Shown piece after piece: positions 48,687-57,675 of a stretch of 64,000 nucleotides of DNA. Where the stretch lies: the NCBI GenBank assembly GCA_963664405.1, contig OY761158.1:1984001-2048000 (forward strand), read 5' to 3'. Source of the stretch: Thermoanaerobaculia bacterium (GTDB taxonomy: Bacteria; Acidobacteriota; Thermoanaerobaculia; Multivoradales; Multivoraceae). The notes under the pieces were generated by a model that made no database searches, was not told where the DNA came from, and saw only the letters and a program-made list of their open reading frames with translations. The translations under genes and the position numbers were made by a program. Every line of letters begins with the position of its first letter. The first letter of the stretch is position 1.

Positions 48687-50504
48687 TCACTCGGCGGGCT
48701 TGTACCAGATCGGCGAGCTCCAGGCCCGCTCCTGAAGCGTCGCGGCGATGTCGGGATTCGGCTCGATGCCCAGCCGGATCGCATCGAAGGTCGACCAGCG
48801 GCAGGTGGGATTCTCCATCACACGCAGGTAGTAAAAAGAGCGCTGGTCGGGATCGAAATCCGGGTCGGTCCACACCGTCTGTAGCTCGACCGCGCCTTTG
48901 TCGCGACTTATCGAGCAGTCGGCGAGATTCACCCTGGCACCGTTGTCGCCGCAGCGATGCGTTTTCGGGTCCGGCTCGAGGCCGTCGGAGCAGGTGACAT
49001 CGAAGATCTGCTCTTGCGCCTCGCCGTCTTTCACCCAGCCTTTGATGATCTGGGCGCGCTGCAGCCATCCGGCGTGCGGGTCGCGCAAGGCCCAGACCAG
49101 AAAGCTCGGGGCGCCCTTCGCCTCGGTGAGAACCCCGCCCATCGGAACTCCTTGGGCATAGGCCTCGGCGACCTGATCGTTGACGACCGCGAGCTTCTCG
49201 GCGAGGCCGAAGCCGCCCATGAGCCTCACCCGAATCCGCGGTCCCGAGGTCGCAAAGGTCTCGCGACGGCGCATGGCATCGAAGATCGAGGCCCGAGTGT
49301 TCTCTTCCGCCCACACTCCGGCGAGACCGCCGCTGCCGTGGGTCGATGTCCTGGGGGTCCAGAAGCCTTCCCAATCGGCGTCGTCTTCGGGGTAGGCCGA
49401 ACCGCTTCTTATCGCCCGCGCGCGGGTCGTGTCCAGGTTGTCCTCCTGATACCAACCGGCGCTGGTGTGGCTGTCGCTGGAGCCGATCGCACCGAGCTCG
49501 TAGGGGTTGAAGCCGCTGTTCTCCTGCATCTCGAGACCGGTCTTGAGGGCGTCGCGCCAGTAGCCTCCTTTGAAGATCGAGATCGGGTCGGTGTTTGTGG
49601 CTCGGTTGAGGAAGTACTGGACGATCTGGAAATCGGCCCACTCGTCGTTCGGTGACAGGGACGGGTGGACCTCCGAGGTCCCCTTCTGCTGACTGATCTC
49701 GGCGATGGGCTCGTTGCGCATCCGCTTCTCGGCGAAGGCCTTGTCGATCGGCCGGCCCTTCCAGGTCTCCATCGGAAAGGCGCGCCCGTCGCTCTGGTTC
49801 GTATTGTGGGGAATGGCGAGGCCCTCGATACCCCGAGCCCGTTGCTCATCGAGCCAGGTCCACAGATCCTCCGGATCGCCGTCGCGCGAGCTAAAAGGCC
49901 TCGTCGGAACGTTGCTGCCGCGAAACATCACGTTGCGGTGCAGATGTCGACCGCCTTGCGACATCGTGTATTCGTAGCCGATCATCGCAGTGAATTTGCC
50001 TGGCTCATTGTGCCGATCCGCCGCCTCGATGCTCTTCATCCAAGCGTCCTCGATCACCGCGTGGCCGAGAAGCGCATGGTCTTCCTCGATCAGCTGCCTC
50101 ATAGTGGAGATGTTGCTGACCAGCTCCTGACTCGCCGACGGCGGGACCAGCCGATCCGCGTCCGGATGACCATAGGTCGGGCTGGAAGGATCGAGCATGG
50201 CGGCGTGGGCGCCGAGGTACTCGGCGTGATCGCTGACGGCGAGAAAGTCGAGAGGCGGTCCCGAGATTCTCAAGAAACCACCGGCCGGCGTTGGAATCGC
50301 CTCGCCCTTGGCGTAGCGATAGGCATCATCCGGGCCGGTGCGTATCTGTCCGCCAGTGAAGGCGTCGAAGGAGTAGGTTGTATGGATGTGAACATCGCCG
50401 AAGAGGGCCACTCGGGGGGCTGCTGCGGGCTGGGAAAGGGACGCGCCGGCGGCGAGCGTCGATATCACTACCACCGATACGCAATGCATACGTGTTGAGC
50501 TCAA
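48687..50504 (-). CDS. DUF3604 protein
   Basis: FGDVHIHT, SDHAEY, GYEY, HRN, SDSH and ERAWSSPIW. Confidence 0.9.
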   Translation of the reverse strand: MSSTRMHCVSVVVISTLAAGASLSQPAAAPRVALFGDVHIHTTYSFDAFTGGQIRTGPDDAYRYAKGEAIPTPAGGFLRISGPPLDFLAVSDHAEYLGAHAAMLDPSSPTYGHPDADRLVPPSASQELVSNISTMRQLIEEDHALLGHAVIEDAWMKSIEAADRHNEPGKFTAMIGYEYTMSQGGRHLHRNVMFRGSNVPTRPFSSRDGDPEDLWTWLDEQRARGIEGLAIPHNTNQSDGRAFPMETWKGRPIDKAFAEKRMRNEPIAEISQQKGTSEVHPSLSPNDEWADFQIVQYFLNRATNTDPISIFKGGYWRDALKTGLEMQENSGFNPYELGAIGSSDSHTSAGWYQEDNLDTTRARAIRSGSAYPEDDADWEGFWTPRTSTHGSGGLAGVWAEENTRASIFDAMRRRETFATSGPRIRVRLMGGFGLAEKLAVVNDQVAEAYAQGVPMGGVLTEAKGAPSFLVWALRDPHAGWLQRAQIIKGWVKDGEAQEQIFDVTCSDGLEPDPKTHRCGDNGARVNLADCSISRDKGAVELQTVWTDPDFDPDQRSFYYLRVMENPTCRWSTFDAIRLGIEPNPDIAATLQERAWSSPIWYKPAE

Positions 50505-50550
50505 TGAGCTTCTCCCTTCGAGTATGGAGGCGTTCTAGACAACGCCTAAA

Positions 50551-52275
50551 TCAGTCCGACCCGGGCAGAGCGAAGACCCAGAGCACACCGCCAACGGGTA
50601 TGTAGGTCGACGTGCCGAGAAAACGATTGATGCCCCGGGTGTTGCGCTGAGCGTCGACTCCCCAGCCCGATTGGACGGCGACGTACTGCACACCATCGAT
50701 CTCGTAGGAAGAGGGAACGCCGGTGATTCCCGAGTTGGTGCGCTGCTTCCACAAGATCTCGCCCGTCTTGGCGTCGAAGGCGCGGAAGAATCGGTCGCCG
50801 GTGCCGCCCATGAAGACCAGGCCACCGCCGGTGGTGAGGACCGGCCCCCAGAGCTGGAGGTCGAACTCCTGGGTCCAGACTCTCTTGCCGGCATCGATGT
50901 CCCAGGCCTGGAGCTCGCCGACGTGATCCCAGCCGTCGCGCAACCTCATCTTCCCTTCCACGCCGGTGAACGTGCGACCGGGAACGTACTCGACCTCTTC
51001 GCCCTCCATGGTGGTGCAGGTGTTCTCGTTCGCCGGAATATAGAGCAGGCCCGTCTTCGGATTGTAGGCTGCCGGTGGCCAGTTCTTGCCACCCGAGAGA
51101 GACGGGCAGAAAGTGACTTCCTTGCCGGTACCGGGGGTGTGGTCGGGATCGTAGGAGGGTCGTCCCGACTTCGGATCGATCGACGTGAATGCATTCTGGT
51201 AGACGTAGGGTGCCGCGTCGATGAAGCCGATGGACTTCTTCTTGCGCTCGAGGATCCACAGATAACCGTTGCGGCCCGGATGAACCAGCGCCTTGCGAGT
51301 CCGGCCGTCCCGCTTGACGTCCATCAGGATCGGCGGGTCGACTTCGTCCCAGTCCCAAGAGCCGTTCTGGTGGTACTGGTGATGTCCGCGTAGCTTGCCC
51401 GTGTCGGCGTCGAGCGCGATGACCGAAGTGGCGTAGAGGTTGTCGCCGGGGCGCGTGTCGCCCATCCAGGGGCCGCCGTTACCAGTGCCCCAGTAGGTCA
51501 GATTCAGCTTAGGGTCGTAGGTGCCGGTGACCCACACCGGAGCTCCGCCGGTGCGCCAGGTGTCGCCGGGCCAGCTCTCGTTTCCCGGCTCGCCGGGGCC
51601 GGGGATGGTGTAGGTCTTCCAGACCTCGTCTCCCGAGTCGGCATCGAGCGCGGTGACGAAGCCGCGAATCCCCCACTCCCCTCCGGAGACGCCGACCATG
51701 ATCTTGCCGTCCACCGCCAGCGGCGCCATCGTCATGTAGTAGCCGATGGAGTAGTCCTCCACTGCCTTGTTCCACACCACCTTGCCGGTTGCCGCGTCGA
51801 GAGCGACGACCTGGGCATCCACCGTCGCAATGTAGACCTTGTCCTCCCACAGAGCGACACCCCGGTTGGTTGGGTGCATCTGCTGCAGGTCCTCGGGGAG
51901 GTCGTGTACGTAGCGCCACAGCGGGTTGCCGGTGCGAGCGTCGAGCGTGATGATCCGGCTGCCAGGGGTGGTGATGAACATGATCCCGTCGTTGACGATC
52001 GGTGGCGACTGGTGGCCTTCGTTGGCGCTGGTCGAGAAGGTCCACAGCGGCTGGAGGGAAGCGACGTTGGAGGTGTCGATCTGCTCCAAGGGGCTGTAGC
52101 CCCAGCCGTCGTAGGTGCGCCGATACATGAGCCAGTTTTCCGGCTCCGGTGCGAGCAGCCTCTTCTGGGTCACCGGGCGATAGGCGGGCGCCTCCGCAGC
52201 GACAAGCGAGGAGGCGACAAACGACGAGGTGACCAGTGCCACAGCGGGCAGGACGACTTTAGTGATGGGCAACAT
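50551..52275 (-). CDS. PQQ-dependent dehydrogenase (alcohol type, no vicinal disulfide)
   Basis: NWLMYRRTY, GGEWGIRG and WDWDEV; QQMHPTNRG where the CC normally lies. Confidence 0.9.
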   Translation of the reverse strand: MLPITKVVLPAVALVTSSFVASSLVAAEAPAYRPVTQKRLLAPEPENWLMYRRTYDGWGYSPLEQIDTSNVASLQPLWTFSTSANEGHQSPPIVNDGIMFITTPGSRIITLDARTGNPLWRYVHDLPEDLQQMHPTNRGVALWEDKVYIATVDAQVVALDAATGKVVWNKAVEDYSIGYYMTMAPLAVDGKIMVGVSGGEWGIRGFVTALDADSGDEVWKTYTIPGPGEPGNESWPGDTWRTGGAPVWVTGTYDPKLNLTYWGTGNGGPWMGDTRPGDNLYATSVIALDADTGKLRGHHQYHQNGSWDWDEVDPPILMDVKRDGRTRKALVHPGRNGYLWILERKKKSIGFIDAAPYVYQNAFTSIDPKSGRPSYDPDHTPGTGKEVTFCPSLSGGKNWPPAAYNPKTGLLYIPANENTCTTMEGEEVEYVPGRTFTGVEGKMRLRDGWDHVGELQAWDIDAGKRVWTQEFDLQLWGPVLTTGGGLVFMGGTGDRFFRAFDAKTGEILWKQRTNSGITGVPSSYEIDGVQYVAVQSGWGVDAQRNTRGINRFLGTSTYIPVGGVLWVFALPGSD

Positions 52276-52838
52276 CAGAGCTCCTTCTGGAAACGGATCG
52301 TGGCGCTGAAGCCGCCGGCAGCGATGAGGACGCCCTCCTCGTGCTTCAAAGGCAGGTAGGGCAGCTTCCGTGGCGCCGGGCCGGACACCACCACCGCGCT
52401 ATCGCGGGGATCGAACTCGGTCTCGTGGCAGGAGCAGAGCATGTACGGCTCCTCCCACATCGAAATATCGCAGCCGGTATGGGTGCAGATCGCTGAGTAG
52501 GCGACAGCTCCGTCGGCCGAGACCTGACGGGTCTCCTCGGCGAGCTGCTCCGGGTCGAAGCGGAGAACGAGGACCTGATTGAGCCGCGAGCCGTCCCGTA
52601 CGACACCCGTGGCAGGGTCTTTCGCGTAACAGGTCACCTGCTCGCTGCTCACGGCGAGATCGTCGACTCGGACCGTCTCCCCCTTCTTCTCACCGAAAGC
52701 GTAGACGAGGACGTCGCCTTCTTGCGGCCGCGCCTTGCGCGCATCCACCGCTGTGTCCTGGGCGCGGGCTCGCCCGACGGCACGAAGGCCAAACCACCAG
52801 GCCAGCGTTGACTTGAAGAGCGTACGGCGATCTTTCAT
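52275..52838 (-). CDS. Tat-exported Rieske [2Fe-2S] protein
   Basis: MKDRRTLFK twin-Arg signal; CTHTGC...CSCH; GPAPRKL. Confidence 0.9.
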   Translation of the reverse strand: MKDRRTLFKSTLAWWFGLRAVGRARAQDTAVDARKARPQEGDVLVYAFGEKKGETVRVDDLAVSSEQVTCYAKDPATGVVRDGSRLNQVLVLRFDPEQLAEETRQVSADGAVAYSAICTHTGCDISMWEEPYMLCSCHETEFDPRDSAVVVSGPAPRKLPYLPLKHEEGVLIAAGGFSATIRFQKEL

Positions 52839-53122
52839 AGCGACGAGCGCGGAGCATATCTCACCGAATGCGCCAGATCGCGACAGCACCTCCTCTCCCC
52901 GGGCGGCACGCGTCGAAGAGACAGAGGGCGTGATGCCGGTGGCCAACTCGCCGAAGGATGCTCCCCTCCGACCGATCAGCTGTTCTGAGCGCCTGATCCA
53001 GGCGAACAGCGGATAAGATCCCGCTTAAGGATCGTTTGCTGCAGAAGCTGATCAAGCCGCTAAGCTGACTCGGGAACGGATGCTCGCTACCGCCGGCCAA
53101 GCAGAATCACTAGGAACGCTTG

Positions 53123-53962
53123 ATGAAAACGGCAAAGGCTCTCTTCTTAGTGATCTTGGTCAGCAACGTCTTGGCAGATGCCCAGGGCCAATGGAAGGCG
53201 CCACGCGGACCCGGCGGCGTGAACCCGGATCTGAACGGTATCTGGCAGGCTTTGAACGAAGCCAATTGGGACATCGAGCGGCATATGGCGCGGGCGTCGA
53301 CGCAATTGAGAGAGGGTCCGATGGGCCCGGTGCCGAGTATTCCTACTTTGCACATGGGCGCGGTCGCAGCGGTCCCGCCCAGCCTGGGTGTGGTGGTGGG
53401 CGGCAACCTGCCCTACAAGCCCGAAGCGCTGGCCAGGCGTGACGAAAACCGGGCCAAGTGGAGCGAGCTCGACCCGGAAGTGAAGTGTTTTCTGCCTGGC
53501 ATCCCCAGAGCCAACTATCTCCCGCAGCCGTTCCAGATCTTCCAAAGCCCGGGGCAGATCGAGTTCGTCTATCAATTCGCAGGCGCCAACCGCAACATTT
53601 TGATGAAAGATCCGGGCCCGGCGCCGGCGGACTCCTGGATGGGCCAGTCGGTGGCAAGGTGGGAGGGTGACACCTTGGTAATCGAGGTGACCTCGCTGCG
53701 CCCTGACACCTGGTTCGATCGAGCCGGCAATCACCACAGCGCGGCGATGACGGTGGTCGAGCGATTCACCCCGATGGGCCCGAATCATCTGCAATACGAG
53801 GCCACGATCGACGATCCCGAGACCTACACCCGGCCGTGGACGATCAAGATGCCGCTCTATCGACGCATGGAGCCCGATGCCATGTTGCTCGATTTCAAGT
53901 GCGTGGAATTCGTTGAAGAGCTGATGTACGGCCCTTTGCGGAGCCACCCGCTGCCTCGCTAG
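53123..53962 (+). CDS. Secreted hypothetical protein (family co-occurring with DUF6152)
   Basis: Signal peptide; PDLNGIW, DPEVKC..PG.PR, WMGQS..RWEGDTLV and DP.TYTRPW. Confidence 0.75.
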   Translation: MKTAKALFLVILVSNVLADAQGQWKAPRGPGGVNPDLNGIWQALNEANWDIERHMARASTQLREGPMGPVPSIPTLHMGAVAAVPPSLGVVVGGNLPYKPEALARRDENRAKWSELDPEVKCFLPGIPRANYLPQPFQIFQSPGQIEFVYQFAGANRNILMKDPGPAPADSWMGQSVARWEGDTLVIEVTSLRPDTWFDRAGNHHSAAMTVVERFTPMGPNHLQYEATIDDPETYTRPWTIKMPLYRRMEPDAMLLDFKCVEFVEELMYGPLRSHPLPR

Positions 53963-53989
53963 TGACCTTTGGTTGTTTGGAGTAGAGCT

Positions 53990-54421
53990 ATGAGATTCAT
54001 GAGTTTTTCTATCTTGATCGCCCTCCTCTCGTTGGTGCTGCCGCCGTCGGCCAGTGCGCATCACGCCTTTGGCGCCGAATTCGACCCCAACGCTCCCGTA
54101 CAATTGAAAGGGCCGATCGAGCGCATCGAATGGGTCAATCCGCACTCCTGGTTTCACGTCGAGCACACCTCGGAGGACGGCACGAAAACGGTGTGGATGG
54201 TTGAAGCCGGCACGCCGAACACCTTGTTTCGGCGCGGCATCAACAGGAACACGGTTCCGATCGGGACCGTTGTCATTATTGACGGCTTTCAGGCCAAGGA
54301 CGGGGCCAATCGCGCCAACGGCCGGCGCATGACGCTGACGAATGGCGAGACGTTGTTCATGGGCTCGAGCGGCACCGGCGCGCCATCCGATGGCACCGAT
54401 CCGACCGAAGGCCGGCGCTGA
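53990..54421 (+). CDS. DUF6152 family protein
   Basis: AHHAFGAEFD...EWVNPHSW...W.VEAG.P..L.RRG. Confidence 0.85.
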   Translation: MRFMSFSILIALLSLVLPPSASAHHAFGAEFDPNAPVQLKGPIERIEWVNPHSWFHVEHTSEDGTKTVWMVEAGTPNTLFRRGINRNTVPIGTVVIIDGFQAKDGANRANGRRMTLTNGETLFMGSSGTGAPSDGTDPTEGRR

Positions 54422-54437
54422 TGCAGGAGGCAATGCG

Positions 54438-55565
54438 ATGACGAAACAGTGCTTTTTCCGAGGTTCGATTCGATCTTTCGTAATGCTGGGGCTTGTTGGT
54501 GCGGCCCTGGGGGGTGCCGCCTTCGTAGGCGCCGAGACACCCAGAATGGACAGCGGCAAGCCGGATTTTTCGGGGACCTATGAACTCACCACTTTGACAC
54601 CGTTCACACGCGATCCGAAGCTGGGTGAGACGAAGACGTTCACACCGGAGGAGGTGGAGGAGCTCAAGCGTCTCTCGCATTCGCGCGTCGACCAAGCCGC
54701 GGCGGTGATCGATCCCGATCGTGATGCGCTTGCGGCGCTCGAAGGGAAGGCGCGCGAGGGAGGAGTCGATCGCTCAGGCAGTTTTACCCCAGGTAGTCAT
54801 GACTTCTTCTGGTTCGACTGTGGCGGGCAATACTGCGACCTGTCCCAGGTCAACGGCGAATACCGCACTTCGATCATCATCGATCCGCCGAACGGTCAGT
54901 TGCCTGCCGTCACCGAGGAAGGCAAGGCACGGCGAGCGGCCATGAGATCTCCGGGCCGGCCGGGGAAGTACCCGGGTGAAGCATGGTGGCTGGAAGAAGG
55001 GCTGGATCCCTTTGGAAATCCCGAGGGCATGGGGCTGGGCGACAGGTGTATCTACTCAGGCGTTACGGTGCCCATGCGTCCCGTTGTTTACAACAACATG
55101 AAAACCATCGTGCAATCCGACGATCACGTGCTGATCATGGTTGAGTGGATGCATTGGGGAAGGGTGGTCAGACTCAGGTCCGAGGGGCGCCCCGCCGAGC
55201 ACCTGCCGGAGTACATGCGCTCCCTTGGCGGCGATTCCATCGGCTGGTGGGAAGGGGATACCTTGGTGGTGGAGACGACGAACTTCCTGGCAGGGCCAAG
55301 GGTCCCGCGAGAGGGCTTGCGCGTCGTTGAACGCTTCAGTCCTCACGATGAGGGCAGTCTGCTCTACAACTTCACGGTGTATGACTCCGACTACGAATCG
55401 CCCTACACCGGTGAGTTCGCGTGGCCCAAGAGTGAAAAACGGTTGTATGAGTACGCTTGTCACGAGGGCAACTACGCGATGTCGAACACCTTGCGCGGCG
55501 CGCGAGTGCTCGAGCAAAAGTGGATCGAGAAGAATGGCCCGCCAAAGGCAAGGAAAGCGGAGTGA
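54438..55565 (+). CDS. Secreted hypothetical protein (same family as 53123)
   Basis: GKPDFSG, RTSIIIDPPNGQLP, GDSIGWWEGDTLVVET and YEYACHEGNY. Confidence 0.75.
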   Translation: MTKQCFFRGSIRSFVMLGLVGAALGGAAFVGAETPRMDSGKPDFSGTYELTTLTPFTRDPKLGETKTFTPEEVEELKRLSHSRVDQAAAVIDPDRDALAALEGKAREGGVDRSGSFTPGSHDFFWFDCGGQYCDLSQVNGEYRTSIIIDPPNGQLPAVTEEGKARRAAMRSPGRPGKYPGEAWWLEEGLDPFGNPEGMGLGDRCIYSGVTVPMRPVVYNNMKTIVQSDDHVLIMVEWMHWGRVVRLRSEGRPAEHLPEYMRSLGGDSIGWWEGDTLVVETTNFLAGPRVPREGLRVVERFSPHDEGSLLYNFTVYDSDYESPYTGEFAWPKSEKRLYEYACHEGNYAMSNTLRGARVLEQKWIEKNGPPKARKAE

Positions 55566-55611
55566 ACATCTCCAAGTCGCGCGGCGTCGAGAGCGTCATG
55601 CAAGGTGGACG

Positions 55612-57585
55612 ATGGCGAACGGCGCCTCGATAGCCTGCACGGTAGCCGCTCTGGTGGGCTCCGCCGCCGTCTCCGCCCAGTACGGCGCGCAAAACGGTGA
55701 GTGGCCGCATCACGGCGGCGACCAAGGCTCGACGAGATACTCGGCGCTGAGCGAGATCGACGCCGGCGGCTTCTCTCGACTCGAAGTCGTGTGGCGGTGG
55801 GAGTCGGCCGACGAGCGACTCGGAGACGGCATCCCTTATGAGTCCGGAAACTTCCGATCCACGCCACTGGTGCTCGGTGACCTGATGTACGTGGTGACCT
55901 CCCACGGCCAGGTCGCCTCGTTGAGACCGGACACGGGTGAGGAACTGTGGGTCTACGACCCGAAGAGCTACGAGCGCTCACGCCCGACAGCCATGCCGCT
56001 CATCACCCGCGGCATCGAGTACTGGACCGACGGCGAAGAGGAGCGCATCTTCGTCGCGACGCTCGGGAAGCAGCTGGTCTCGATCGACGCCAAGAGCGGA
56101 CGAGTAGATCGCCGCTTCGGCGAAGACGGCATCGTCGACCTCTCCCAGGACCTGACCTCGCGCCCCTTCGTCGAGCGCGACATCACTAACGGAGCCCCGC
56201 CGATCGTGGTCGGCGATAGCGTCATCGTCGGCTCCAAGATCTTCGACTTCATGCTCAGAAACAACAGTCCGCCAGGACACATCCGCGCCTACGACGTGCG
56301 TAGCGGCAAACTCAAATGGCGCTTTCACACCATCCCGCAGGAAGGTGAAGAGTTCACCGAGACTTGGGAGGGTGACTCGTGGAAGAAGGCGGGCAATGCC
56401 AACGCCTGGGCGCCGTTGAGTGCCGACCCCGAGCTCGGTTATGTCTACATCCCCACCTCGACCCCGACCAACGACTATTGGGGGGGCGAGCGCCATGGTG
56501 ACAATGTCTACGCCGAGAGTCTGGTGTGCCTCGACGCCGAGACCGGCGAGCGAATCTGGCACTTTCAAACCGTCCATCACGGAATCTGGGACTACGACAT
56601 CGCCTCGGCAGCCAATCTGATCGACGTGGTGGTCGAGGGTCGGCTTATCAAAGCGGTGGCGCAGGTTTCGAAGACCGGCTTTACCTACGTCTTCGACCGA
56701 GCGACCGGTGAGCCGTTATGGCCAATTGAAGAGCGGCCCGTAAACAGCGCAACCACGGTACCGGGAGAGAAGCTGTCGAAAACGCAGCCCTTTCCGACCA
56801 AACCGCCGCCCTTCGACCGCCAGGGCATGAGCGGGGACGATCTCATCGACTTCACGCCGGAGCTCAGAGCGGAGGCTCTCGAGGCCACGAGGGACTACAT
56901 CCTGGCTCCGATGTTTCCTCCTCTGATCGTCATCGGCGACGGCGGCAAACTCGCCACCATCGTCATGCCCGGGGCCGGAGGCGGTGCCGACTGGCCCGGG
57001 GCCTCGATCGACCCGGACACCGGCCTTCTCTACGTCCTGTCGCAAACGCGCCCGAGCGGCATGGCCCTGGCCGAGCCGGACCCCGCTCGCTCGGATTGGA
57101 GATACGTCATCAGCCGTTCGCGGCCGGAAGGCCTCCAAGGCCTACCCTTCTTCAAGCCACCGTACACGCGCATCACCGCCCTCGATCTCGGCACCGGCGA
57201 GCTCGCCTGGCAGGTTCCGCATGGTCGGGGCCCCACTGAGCACCCCGCCCTAAAGCATCTGGAGCTGGGGCCTCTCGGGACCTTGGGCCCTCGCGAAGGC
57301 GGCCTGTTGGTGACCAAGACGCTGCTTGTGACCATCCTCGCCAAAGTCGATGAGAGCGCCTACTTTGGCCGAACATCGAGCGACCGAGGGAGGGTAGACG
57401 GCTCCACCCTGCAGGCCTACGACAAGACGACAGGGGAGCTCCTGGCCGAGGTCGACGTCGACACCCATCTGCACGGCGCACCGATGACCTACCTACACCA
57501 GGGCCGCCAATACATTGCGGTCGCCGGCGGCGGGAGCGGGGAAGAGAAGGCGGAGCTGGTCGTCTTCGCCCGTCCTCGAGACTGA
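55612..57585 (+). CDS. PQQ-dependent dehydrogenase (glucose/quinate/shikimate type, soluble)
   Basis: EWPHHGGD..STRYSAL, WHFQTVHHGIWDYD and SKTQPFPTKP; start MANG at 55612. Confidence 0.9.
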   Translation: MANGASIACTVAALVGSAAVSAQYGAQNGEWPHHGGDQGSTRYSALSEIDAGGFSRLEVVWRWESADERLGDGIPYESGNFRSTPLVLGDLMYVVTSHGQVASLRPDTGEELWVYDPKSYERSRPTAMPLITRGIEYWTDGEEERIFVATLGKQLVSIDAKSGRVDRRFGEDGIVDLSQDLTSRPFVERDITNGAPPIVVGDSVIVGSKIFDFMLRNNSPPGHIRAYDVRSGKLKWRFHTIPQEGEEFTETWEGDSWKKAGNANAWAPLSADPELGYVYIPTSTPTNDYWGGERHGDNVYAESLVCLDAETGERIWHFQTVHHGIWDYDIASAANLIDVVVEGRLIKAVAQVSKTGFTYVFDRATGEPLWPIEERPVNSATTVPGEKLSKTQPFPTKPPPFDRQGMSGDDLIDFTPELRAEALEATRDYILAPMFPPLIVIGDGGKLATIVMPGAGGGADWPGASIDPDTGLLYVLSQTRPSGMALAEPDPARSDWRYVISRSRPEGLQGLPFFKPPYTRITALDLGTGELAWQVPHGRGPTEHPALKHLELGPLGTLGPREGGLLVTKTLLVTILAKVDESAYFGRTSSDRGRVDGSTLQAYDKTTGELLAEVDVDTHLHGAPMTYLHQGRQYIAVAGGGSGEEKAELVVFARPRD

Positions 57586-57675
57586 GCGCTCGGCAGCCGC
57601 CGTGGCATTCGCGCTCGCAACGGGCGGTCCCCGTTTCCTGGTAGATTACGGCCAACCAAGCCTGGAGGGCGAAAG

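Noticed and set aside
55141-55611. N-terminal extension of the PQQ dehydrogenase (814 aa)
   Set aside because: Overlaps the upstream gene; the signal peptide begins at 55612
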